Assembly (NCBI RefSeq): GCF_006345805.1
Contig: NC_043020.1
Span: forward strand, 3,782,001 to 3,846,000
Direction: 5' to 3'
Length of the DNA: 64,000 nucleotides
DNA from: Octopus sinensis
Lineage: Eukaryota
Part shown: positions 24,745 to 35,610 of the stretch, in pieces
Position numbering within the stretch: position 1 is the first letter of the stretch
Layout: each line of letters begins with the position of its first letter
Translations under genes and position numbers: made by a program
The notes under the pieces: model-generated
Database searches by the model: none
Told to the model about the DNA's origin: nothing
The model's input: only the letters and a program-made list of their open reading frames with translations

Positions 24745-24800
<56 letters not shown>

Positions 24801-26214
24801 TAAGCAAAATAGTAAGTTGTAAAACCTCAATAAGAGATGAGAGTAGTAACGATACCAACAAGTAAAGTTAATCACCACATAACTGTGGCTGTTCCATGTT
24901 GCTACTAGTTTAACTCCAGGCAGATCTTCCACCGCCTGGTGATATATATTCATTCATTCATTCATATTTAAATCCACTTTCTATGCTAGCATAATTTAGA
25001 TAAATATATAATCAAAGCAGTGTTTTACAACAACTGGATACCCTTCTTGCTGCTAAAATGTGTTTGAAAGTATAATAGTAGACACACAGACGGACATATA
25101 TGCACGAACACATAAGTTTACTAAACATAAACCAGGGAGGCTGTGTACTTACCACTGTGTACAATGGAAGTATTTTCAGGTGGATCATTGTGGCATCAAA
25201 TGATTAAGTTGATTTGGGAGATCAATCTGAAAAGATAGAAAAAAAAAAAAATACAGAAATAAAATAATGCAAAGACATACAAAAAAAAAAGATATTTTCT
25301 GCTCCTCAATTCTTCTTTTTTCAAACATAGGTGCTGGTGTGACTGGGATTAAGATGTGTGCTTCCCATTCATGTGGTTTGGGGTTCAGTCCCACTGCACA
25401 GCACCTTGGGAAAATGTGTTCTACTTATAGCCCTAGGCCAATCAAATCACCTTGTAAGAGGATTTGATAGATGGAGACATTAAAGAAGCTTATCGTGTGT
25501 GCGTGTGTGTGTGTGCATGTGTGTGTGTATGTGTCTCCTTGCCTTGACATCATGAAATAGTTGTAAATGAGTGTCACTGACATAGAAGTGGTGTCATTCA
25601 TTTCCAATGTTCTGCAAAAACATCATCTCTGACCTTGCAGAAGTATTAGCTTGATTAGAAACAGCCGAGCGGTGGCAACATGAAAGACATCCAGCTATAG
25701 AAGACCTGCTCGGTAATGAAAGCATGGGAAAGTGGATGTTAAAATGATGATGACGATGATGATGATGAGTGAGAGTAAAAAAGTATGTAAACAAAGTACT
25801 CTGTTGAGTTACATCCCTTTAACCTAAAGGCAGACTTAGCCAACTGATAAACAGAGATCGATTATATAAGACTAAGCATGTGAATGAATTTAATCAACTG
25901 GTGACAGTCTTAGGAATACCGGGCTTAGATGGAATTCCTAAGACTCTTACCAGGAAAAGAACAAAAAGCTTATAATGTCAGGAATTTAGATGGAATATAA
26001 AATCCAAGACATAAGACCATTTCAAAGGAACGACTTCTGCAGTTCTCAATGTCAGGTGACCAGTTAAAGTTTCTGGAAAGTTTAGCCATCTAAGTTTTTC
26101 ATTTTCTTTTTTTTTTACCCCTTTATCATTCAGATTATCCGGTCAAATGTAATACTTATTCATCCCCATCATTGTGTATTAATCTTGCATTAGGGATTTC
26201 AATGATGTGATTGT

Positions 26215-26480
26215 TTATGCAAGAGAGAAGACTACGTTGGTTTGGACATGTGGTGCATATGAATGAGGACAGCTGCATAAAGAAGTGCCAATCACTGAAA
26301 GTGGATGAGTGGATGGTATCCGCAGAAGAGGGAGACCCAGGAAGACATGGGATGAAATGGTAAGGACCGATCTAAGGATGTTGGGCCTCATGGAGGAAAT
26401 GACAATAGAGCGAGACGTCTGGCAATATGAGGTTCTTGAGGAGACCCACCCCATGTCAGCAAAACTGAGTTCTAGAAGTG
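26215..26480 (+). mobile_element. RTE LINE 3' fragment
   Basis: RRLRWFGHVVHMNEDSCIKKCQSLKVD followed by a frameshifted GRPRKTWDEMVRTDL remnant. Confidence 0.8.
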
Positions 26481-27638
26481 TTGTGTGACCCACGCGACCC
26501 TTAACGAGAAAACTTCTCACACACCCTACCACAACAAATCTAACTACATCTCTTCTCTTCCTCACATTTCCACTTCATGCACCATGCTTATCTCCCACTC
26601 TCCAATCCTGTCCTCTTGGTCCTGTCTCACTGTATCATTGCTATCCTCAGCCCCCACCCCCCGACCTGTGTGTTCCACCCCCATCCACATGTAACAAGAG
26701 GAATTTTCACACACCCTCCCCCAACAAACCAATCTACATCTCTTCTCTTCCTCACACTTCCTCCTTCATACACCATGCCTACCTCTCACTCTCCAATCCT
26801 GTCCTCATGGACCTGTTCCTCTCTATTATTGCTATCCTGTAACCCCAGACTCTATATACCCAGGTTTTCACCATTCACTCCCCACCCCTCCCCACTCTCT
26901 AATCATGCTTCTTTGGCAATATCATCCTACCACTTATATTCTGATCCCTGCCCCTTGTGAGTATGCCTGGCACTGCCACCATCTCTATCCTGCTGTCTCC
27001 CACTCTCTCTCTCTCCTTCTGCACTTCTCTCAGGTTGGGCAAGCATATATTTCCTTTGCAGCAGTGCACCTGTTTCTGTCTTCCTTCTTGATCTCTCTGC
27101 CTCTCCCTTTCTGGCCAGGTAACCTCGTACCTCCTCTACAGCAACACACCTGTTTTTGTCCCTCTGTTTCACTATAACCGTTCATCATCTAACACAAGAT
27201 CATCTCCTCCAATCTCCCCTTCCTCTCTCAAAGGATCTTTGTCTCGCAAGTTACCTCAGTGACCCTGTCAGTGCAAGTGCCACTTAAAAAGCATCCGGTC
27301 CACACTGTGGAGTGGGTGGAGTTGTGAAGGGCATCCAGCTGTAAAAACCTTGCCAAAACTGACCTTTCCTGTGCTTGTACCATGTAAAAAGCACCAAGTC
27401 CACTCTGCTGAGTGGTTGATGTTAGGAAGGGCATCCAGCTATCAAAATCCTGCCAAAACAGTTACAGAAGTCTGGTGCAGGGATCTGCCTAGCTGGCTCC
27501 TGTCAAACCATCCCATCCATGCCAGCATGGAAGGTGGACATAAAACGATGACGATATATATGTATATATGAATGTATGTATGTATGTATGTATGATTGTA
27601 TGTATGTATGTATGTATGTATATATATATATATATATA

Positions 27639-28440
27639 CAGGGTGTGATAGGTAAACTGTTGCAACTTTATACTTTTAATTTCACGTATGTGTAGATTGT
27701 TTTTGATTTTGTTGACTACACAGTATAGTAGGGTCAGTTGGTCACCGTCTGTGAGAAAAACAGCACTATGATGCAATTCACTCTGCCAAAAATTTGGAAA
27801 CGACATGCTGCACTGCTTGGCATTCATACCGTTAGCTCCATTATGAACAGATGGTGAACACACAGAACAACCATTGGCTTGCTGTGTCCCCAAAACATAT
27901 ACCAAGAATGATAAAGATCAAACATCCAGTCAACATCATGGTGTTTGGAGGGATCATCTTCCCACATGGCCTCAGACTCAACATGGAGGCCTACATCAAG
28001 TGGCTGGAGGAGGGAGTGCTGCAACAGGACTCTACATTATGTCACACAAGCAGGAGAACCCAGTCAGACAATTTCTGCGACCACATCACCCCTAACATCT
28101 GGCTACCTAACTCCCCAGACTACAAACCCCTTGATTATTATGTGTGGGGCACAGTTGTGTAAGAGATCAACAGAATTCCTTGTAACACCAAAGATGAACT
28201 GAAGACAAGGATTATGGTGGAATTCACCAACTTAAACATGGAGACTGTCCAGAAGAGTTGCAGGAGATTCTGAAGTCATCTGGAGGCTGTGGTTGAAGCC
28301 AATAGCAATTTCATTGAATAAATTTACTCTTTAGTATTTCAAGATAGTTTTAGGTAATTTTGGTAAATATATCTGTTTAATGAAATATCAGTGGTATTTT
28401 CATTCTTGCATAATTTAGACAATATATTCACCACACCCTG
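27639..28440 (+). mobile_element. Internally deleted maT/DD37D-like Tc1/mariner element
   Basis: TA-CAGGGTGTG...CACACCCTG-TA termini; remnants VMVFGGI, LQQDSTLCHTS and WLPNSPDYKPLDYYVWG. Confidence 0.85.
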
Positions 28441-28704
28441 TATTTTTCTCTCCCTCTCTGTCTGGGAGACAGATATAGAGGGTCCTTAATTCTTCATCAG
28501 TTACCAACCTAAATGATAATACTCAGTTTCACACCATTAATGATAGGACTGAGAACTTCCCATATTGGTGGTGCCTGCAAAAGTTGCAGAGAATGTTGGG
28601 CCTCAAACAAACAAAACAGCACAGAGTGGACATACAAAAGTAAAAAAATGTAATTTAAGACGATGGACAAAAGAGAAGAATGGTGATTAATGCTTGTACG
28701 ATAC

Positions 28705-28758
<54 letters not shown>

Positions 28759-28768
28759 ATATATATAT

Positions 28769-29047
28769 AATTGCAGCGTGGAAGGTCTTTGTAAGCCATT
28801 TAAGAAACACACAAAAGCTGTTCGATTCACTTCAACATTTAAGTGTAATTTGTCAAAAATATTTTCGTCACTTTAAGACCGTAACCTGTCCACTGACAAA
28901 AATCCGTGCTGCATCTTTTGTCAGTGAACAGGTCGTGGTCTTAAAGCGACGAAAATATCGTGACAAATTAAACTTAAATGTTGAAGTGAATCGAATGGCT
29001 TTTGTGTGTTTCTTAAATGGCTTACAAACACCTCCAACGCTGCAATT
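28769..29047. repeat. Fold-back element, about 133-bp imperfect arms with a very short loop
   Basis: AATTGCAGCGT...ACGCTGCAATT; loop near 28903-28912; inserted after (TA)n. Confidence 0.92.
28917..28967 (+). ncRNA. Hammerhead-like motif with swapped G3:C8 core (a second copy lies on the minus strand at about 28850-28900)
   Basis: Stem I UUUGUCA/UGACAAA (7 bp); core GUGAACA + G; stem II GUCGU/GCGAC; GAAA 28951-54; short stem III region AAUAUCG (AAUAUU-UU in the other arm). Confidence 0.55.
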
Positions 29048-29107
29048 GTTTTCGTTCCAGCACACGATCTCAGATCAAATCACTTGCTATGCAAGTACAT
29101 CTCTGTA

Positions 29108-29142
29108 ATATATATATATATATATATGGATATGTATATATG

Positions 29143-29175
<33 letters not shown>

Positions 29176-29192
29176 GTGGATATGTATATATG

Positions 29193-29232
<40 letters not shown>

Positions 29233-29246
29233 GATATGTATATATG

Positions 29247-29338
<92 letters not shown>

Positions 29339-29339
29339 C

Positions 29340-29374
<35 letters not shown>

Positions 29375-29376
29375 CA
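29108..29376. repeat. Compound (TA)n microsatellite with three TATGGATATGTATATATGTGTGTACA sub-units
   Basis: Seen directly in the sequence. Confidence 0.9.
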
Positions 29377-29423
29377 AGCAATAATAAATCTCTGAACGAG
29401 GTATAAACAGTAACTGCACGACA

Positions 29424-29953
29424 ATGTGAGGTATACTTGACATTTCAATATGGCTAACCACTAAGGGTGGGTGTTACTGTAGCTTTTAGCCCCAGGGGAA
29501 CATTGTCTCCAGCTGGCTTTAGGCACATTCTCTGTGCCCTTATGGTATTTGCAAAGGGAGGTCATCCCTCCCTCATCAACCTAAGTGATACGCACGGACT
29601 GCAGTATTGTTGTGTTTATACCTCGTTCAGAGATTTATTATTGCTTGCAGACAGTTTTTCGAGATCAGTCACGAAAAGTTACTGGAAAAAACCATATAAG
29701 GATTTGCATTGGGACTCCTTTCATCGAAAACCGGTGATTGTCGTACACTGAAGACAGGTCAATACCTAGAAACTGCAGTCCGTGCGTATCACTTAGGTTG
29801 ATGAGGGAAGGATGACCTCCCTTTGCAAATACCATAAGGGCACAGAAAGTGTGCCTAAAGCCAGCTGGAAACAATGATCTCCTGGGGCTAAAAGCTACAG
29901 TAACACCCACCCTTAGTAGTTAGCCATATTGAGATGGCTAGTATACCTCACAT
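29424..29953. repeat. Fold-back element with about 182-bp inverted arms and a 166-bp spacer
   Basis: Arms 29424-29605 and 29772-29953; both inner ends stop at the palindrome ACTGCAGT. Confidence 0.92.
29742..29786 (+). ncRNA. Minimal type I hammerhead candidate with palindromic stem III
   Basis: CUGAAGA 29748-54; stem II AGGU/ACCU with a C.A closing mismatch; GAAA 29769-72; palindrome ACUGCAGU 29772-79; GUC cleavage after 29780; stem I 5 bp after a C.A mismatch. Confidence 0.65.
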
Positions 29954-29954
29954 A

Positions 29955-30467
29955 TCTATATATATAAAACTGTAGTTGTGTGAGTGTCTGTCCCCTTCGA
30001 TTTAGATTCCTAACTACTCCCACATTTTGCGGTGCAGTTTAACCAAATTCGGGTATCTTATAGTCGTGATTCATATCGAGCCCGTCTGGGTATTAGCGCG
30101 CGTCTACGATGAGTCTACGATTTTAAAAATAATTTAACATCATTTTTTATTCCATTTTAATGCATAATTTTTCGTGTGTCGATGGTGGCGGAGTTGGCGT
30201 CCATGCTCACACCTGCACCTGTTTGCTTCTCCCCCTTCTTCCCTCCCTCGTGAAGCTGTGGGGAAGGGAGTGTAAGGAAATCAACGTCGTAATGCGTTGT
30301 CAAGGAGACCAGCGTTCTTTTAGAACAACGACTTCATGGCTTGAAGACACCAAAACAGAAATGGCTAAGAAAGCCCGAATTGGCATCTATAAGGGAAGTA
30401 ACTCTCTAAAAATGCTTATATAGTTATTTCCCTTACAAACCCGAGCAACGGCGGGCGATACTGCTAG
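29955..30467 (+). mobile_element. Non-autonomous Helitron
   Basis: 5' A|TCTATATATATAAAA; 3' GC-rich hairpin CCCGAGCAACGGCGGG then CTAG|T; inserted between A and T with no TSD. Confidence 0.85.
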
Positions 30468-32942
30468 TATATATATATATAGTTATAAATGGCGGAATAA
30501 GTAGTGTGTTAAGTTTATTTAACCAGGGCTTATTTGGCTGGTTTTAGTTGGCCTGAGGCTATAGAAAAAGCTACTTGTCCAAGGTGCCACACAGTGGGAC
30601 TGAGCCTGGAACCATGTGGTTGGAAAGTAAGCTTCTTACCACACAACCACATGTGTTTATATCTATTTTTCTGTGTTTGGGTTTTCGTTCTACCTTTCTG
30701 CATTTACATGTTTGTCTATATGCATACATGGGTGTATATGTGTTTAGGTGTCCCTCTTCTCTCTATGTGTGTATGCATGCATTCATATGTTGTGTTTTTT
30801 TTGTTAATGCATTTGTATGTAGATCTGTATTCTGAGGAGTTTCATCTTCTGTTTCTAGCAAGTCCAATGGCCATGTAGACATCATTTTACCATTGGCACC
30901 CACAGTCGCATAAGTAATGTCGTCTAGTTGTTCTTGTGTAATTCCTTGATTGCGGTGATTCAAAAAGTGAACTATTTCACAGCCATTGCAACACATCATT
31001 AATAAGAGTTAAAAAATACATTTAAAAAAAAAACCAAAACCAAAAGATTTAAGCATTTTTTTCCTTGGCTTAGAAACTTCAACGAAAGAAAATGTCATGT
31101 GAAAAGAAAAATTTAAATCAAAACAAAATTCAGTTGACTTTTGAAAAGAGTTAAATACCATTTAAAAGAAGATGCATCAACATTAAAGTATTAAAGTCTT
31201 GGTTCTATAGAAATTTGTGGGGAACGGCTTCAGATTAGAAAAGATTTTACAAAATGGTTGGTGGCCTTTAGAAAATGTGCAGAAAAACCCATATAAATAT
31301 CTAAACCACAGCAAAATAATAATACCCCCCCTCTCCTTACACACAGACACAGCTAAAGCCAATGGTGGGAGCCAATGAGTGGTTACTTGAAATGCTAAAT
31401 ATTACTCAATTCACAGCCTACGGTGTTTTTAACAGTGACATTGGATAATGAAGTCCTAGATGGATTTTCTGGAAATAAGTAATGATGGTCATAGTTGGAA
31501 TGGCTAATGAGTGCTGAACAATAACAGGAGCAAAAAAATAGTTTGTATAATTTTGCTGCAGGTGTAGTTGTGTGGTTGAGGTGCTTGCTTTACTATCACA
31601 TCGTTTCAAACAAAACGGTCACAGTACTTGTTTTTTAAGTCTGGTACTTATTCTATTGGTCTCTTTTACCAAACCACTAGGTTATAGGAACATAAACAAA
31701 CCAACACTGGCTGTCAAGTGGTGTGGGGGACAAACACAGATGCAATGACACACACACAAGAGAGAGGCAGGGTGAGAGAGAGAGAGAGAGAGACAAAGAC
31801 AAAAAGACAGAGAGATAGGGAGAGAGGGAGAGGTAATAAGATGGGAAGATCATGGTTGGAATGACTGATTAGACCTGACAAGAACAGCTAAATCATACTC
31901 CACTTTTTTTTTTAAAAAAAAAGAACATGTTGCAGAATGTAGTCCTGGGTACATTATGCCAAAGAAAAAATTGGATGGTTGTGGATTTAACCTTTTAGTA
32001 ATCGAATTACTTTGTCAAATGTAATGCGTATTCATTAACATTGTTTTGAATTAATCCTGCATTATCTCATAGCTCTGAGATTTCAATGAGATGATTGTAC
32101 ATTTGTAGAATGACACTGTAGGGTAAGCTCAATTTGAACATAAATAGAATATTTGGGCTTGATATAACCTGTTTAAATGCTAAAGGATTAAAAGTAGGGG
32201 TAAACAGTAGAAAATTGACACTAGAAACCAGAGTGAAAGTAAAGAGCTGGGCTGTAGCTAGGGATTGAACCTAGGTGCGGTTTATGTTATGTAATTTAGA
32301 CATTCTATTGAAATGTGAACGGTCAGAGAATAGGTACCAAGACACCAAGTGACAAGGTTCAATCCAAGAGTGAGGAGTGCAGGGACCAAAATAACGGGGT
32401 TGCCAGATAAATACTTTTTTGGGGGGGATTTAATTTAATTTTTTCCAATGTTATTTGAATTAATCTCCTATCTTTTAATTGTTTTAGTCATCAGACTATG
32501 ACCATGCTGGAGCACTGCCTTGAAGAGTTTTTAGTCAAATGAATTAACACCAATGCTCTTCATGTTAAAAGCCTGGTACTTATTCTCTCAGTCTCTTTTA
32601 CTGGACTGCTAAGTCACAGGAACATAAACAAACCAATACCAGTTGCCAGGTGGCAGTGATGAACGAACACAAAGACACACACACACACACACAACTAGTT
32701 TCATTCAGTTTCCATCAAGTGAATCTACTCACAAGGCTTTGGTTGGCCCAAGGCTTTAACAGAAGACACTTGCCCAAGTTTCCACTGCATGCAGTGGGAC
32801 TGAACCCGGAACCATGTGATTACAAAGCAAGCTTCTTACCACACAGCGATGCCTACGCCTTTGAAAAATATCTTTACCATAAAGTTTTAAATTTATTTTG
32901 TAGCTCCATGTGGTCTCAGACTACTCGATTTCCCTTACAACA

Positions 32943-34737
32943 CTTTCAGCGGTGATAAGAAATACTTGCTCAAGATTCTATACCAGATCAAATCCAGGCA
33001 GTTCCTGTTGGGCTTCCCAAGAAGAAGAAACACAAGCCCTGGGTGACGAAGAAGGTTAAACAAGAACTTCGACTCAGAGATATTGCTTGGGCTGAATTCA
33101 AAAATCTGGATTCGACTGCAGCTTTTGAGGTGTACAAAACTCAACGAGACCGAGCCGTGAAAATCGAATAGGAAGAACGCTTCAGTTATGAATACAAAAT
33201 CGTGGCAAATGCCAGTAGCAATCCAAAAACCTTCTTTGCCCATGTCCAATGGAATTCCTGCTTGAACAACCAGATTGCAACGTTGGTAGACTCAACAGGC
33301 GTATCGATTGAGAACCCTTATCAACAGTCAATTATTTGCCGAGGCTTTTTCAACTATTTTCAAACAAGATGATGGTCGTGAACCCCCTCCATTTGATAGA
33401 TCGGTACCTCCAATGCTTCGATTGGTCATCACGCGGGACGAAGTCAAACGTGTTATTCAAGGCCTCGATGTCAACAAGGGTCACGGCCCTGACGGCATAC
33501 ACCCACGGGTTATCAAAGCGTTGGCTCCGGTCATCTGCGAGCCCTTAACACGTCTATTCAATATGTCATTGGCAATGGGTGTTATACCTGCGGACTGGAG
33601 AACAGCGATAATCTGCCTAATTTTCAAGAAAGGGAGCCGCGAAGACCCGCTTAACTACCGACCGGTTTCCCTTACATCAATAATCAGCAAGATGTTCGAA
33701 ACCATCCTTAAGAAAAGTATGATGCTCCACCTCCAAAACAAAGCCTCTATCTCTGATTCCCAACACAGCTTCGTGCCGAAGAGATCATGCTTGACCAACT
33801 TACTGGTAATGGAAGAATTGGTGACGCGCATCCTCGATGATAGTGATGCTGTTGACATCGTTTTATTGGACTTTGCCAAAGCTTTTGACTCGGTAAACCA
33901 CCGCCTATTACTTGTCAAGCTTCAAGCATATAGTTTCCATCCGGATATTGTACGATGGGTTGGTGCCTTCCTTTCAGATCGCTCCTTCCAAGTCCAAGTT
34001 ATATGGTTCGCGGTCCGACATCTCCAGTGCGAGCAGTGGCGTGCCTCAAGGTTCAGTGCTTGGGCCCTTGTTGTTCTTAGTCTTCATAAATGACTTGCCC
34101 GACGACCTCACGCAACACACCCTTCTATTTGCCGACGATGTCAAACTGGTCGCTCCTCGCGGTGACATAGAGGATCTTCATCGATGCCTCCACCAAATTT
34201 GGAGATGGTCTAACGAATGGGACCTGTGTCTGAACGTGTCAAAGTGCTGTCATCTGCTTGTTGGCTCTCCTCCTGCAACTCAACTTGATTTCGAGCCAGG
34301 TCGTCTGCTGCTGGAGAGGACCGATCAGGTAAAGAACCTGGGTATCTTGGTGGATTCCTCCTTTTTGCCTTCGGCCCAGTGCGTCCATGCTGCCAACAAA
34401 GCACGCGGAATTCTGTTCTTGATTCGACGGTCATTCGGAATGCTCACAGCAGCCATATTCCTACCACTCTATGTCACGCTGGTGAGACCCATATTGGAGT
34501 ACGGGATTCAAGCCTCTTCTCCTTATCTCCTCAAAGACATACAACATCTCCGGGTTGTGGATCCGTGGAACAAGCTGCCAGACGAGATGGTGAAGATGCC
34601 GACGACCGCTTTGTTCAAAGCCTCCCTTGACCTCAAGTGGCCTGAACTCTTTACATGAACACCACCCTGTACTTAACTCCATGTCCCCCTACATGGCCTT
34701 GCTATTTGCTTTTGAGCCAAATTAACTAACTAACTAA
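32943..34737 (+). mobile_element. CR1-clade LINE, 5'-truncated ORF2 with frameshift and internal deletion
   Basis: GPDGIHPRV, NYRPVSLTS, DFAKAFDSVNH, GVPQGSVLGPLLF and FADDVKL motifs; ends in a (TAAC)n tail. Confidence 0.95.
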
Positions 34738-35120
34738 AACTTCACAATTGCAAACAGATCCTCTGTCACAGCAGTATTAATCTGACAAAGTGTACTCAGA
34801 TCAGTTCAATAGGAACAGGTAACAGAATATTATATATGGCAGATTAGGGTTCTCTTTGGTCATAGAGGGACATGTCTTTCATCTATTTCACACTGTATAA
34901 ACCAAAGCTAAGAACCAACTCTCAGGACTCCTTCAGGATTAGTGGAAACATATCAAAATAGATTCGATTTATAAATACTTTTTCTTTCTTACTTTATGTA
35001 ATGATTTACTACACAACTTCCTCACAGCATGTCTGCATACATTAATCATATATAATAAAATGCATTGCTTTTGGATTTGGTTTGCAAGATTCTTTATATG
35101 AGTTCGTGTGTTGAAGCATA

Positions 35121-35315
35121 TTCTGTTGTGTCTGGGGAGAGTCATTTTCTTTTTGTGCCTTATAATGTAACACACTCACCGGTAAAATTTCCAAAACTAT
35201 TGAAAAGGTTGCAAGACTCAATGAAAATTTTAGGAAAATAAAAATAAGAAAAAAGTGGAAATTTTACACATTATAAGGCACAAAAAGAAAATGACTCTCC
35301 CCAGACACAACAGAA
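35121..35315. repeat. Inverted repeat, 48-bp arms (35121-35168 / 35268-35315)
   Basis: TTCTGTTGTGTCTGGGGAGAGTCATTTTCTTTTTGTGCCTTATAATGT and its reverse complement. Confidence 0.85.
35197..35233 (+). ncRNA. Hammerhead-like motif with U3:A8 core
   Basis: CUA-UUGAAAA-G-GUUGC-AAGAC-UCAAU-GAA-AAUU-U-UAG: same architecture as the 19182 and 28917 motifs, palindromic AAUU stem III, only 3 bp of stem I in this copy. Confidence 0.45.
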
Positions 35316-35390
35316 AATGCATTGCTTTTATTTCAATTGATTTTGAGAATTAGTAAGGATCCAGTAAAATAACTAGCTCTCTATTATTAA

Positions 35391-35610
35391 CCCTTCGTTA
35401 CCAACCCGGCTGAAACAGGCCCTGGCTCTGTAGTACAAATGTCTTGTTTCCATAAGTTCTGAATTAAAATCTTTCTCCAAACCTTAGTCACAATTTATGT
35501 TCCTAACACCAGCTTAATGATAACTGAGTTATTTTACTAAATTCTTTGCTATATTTCAAGTAATTGAAAGAAACACAGAGCATCTCAAAATGAATACAGA
35601 AATGAAAGGG
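35391..35610. mobile_element. TTAA-flanked (piggyBac-like) MITE, 220 bp
   Basis: TTAA|CCCTT...AAGGG|TTAA; opposite-orientation copies at 38319-38540, 40042-40263 and 41768-41989. Confidence 0.8.

Noticed and set aside
24895-24945. Minus-strand hairpin followed by TAAACTAGTA (ACUAGU palindrome)
   Set aside because: G12 is missing and the 5' core is absent (truncated by (TA)n); at most a relic.
28680-29461. Many overlapping 60-140 aa ORFs rich in YI/CV/HT here and throughout the window
   Set aside because: Translations of (TA)n, (TG)n and (CA)n microsatellites; no coding signal.
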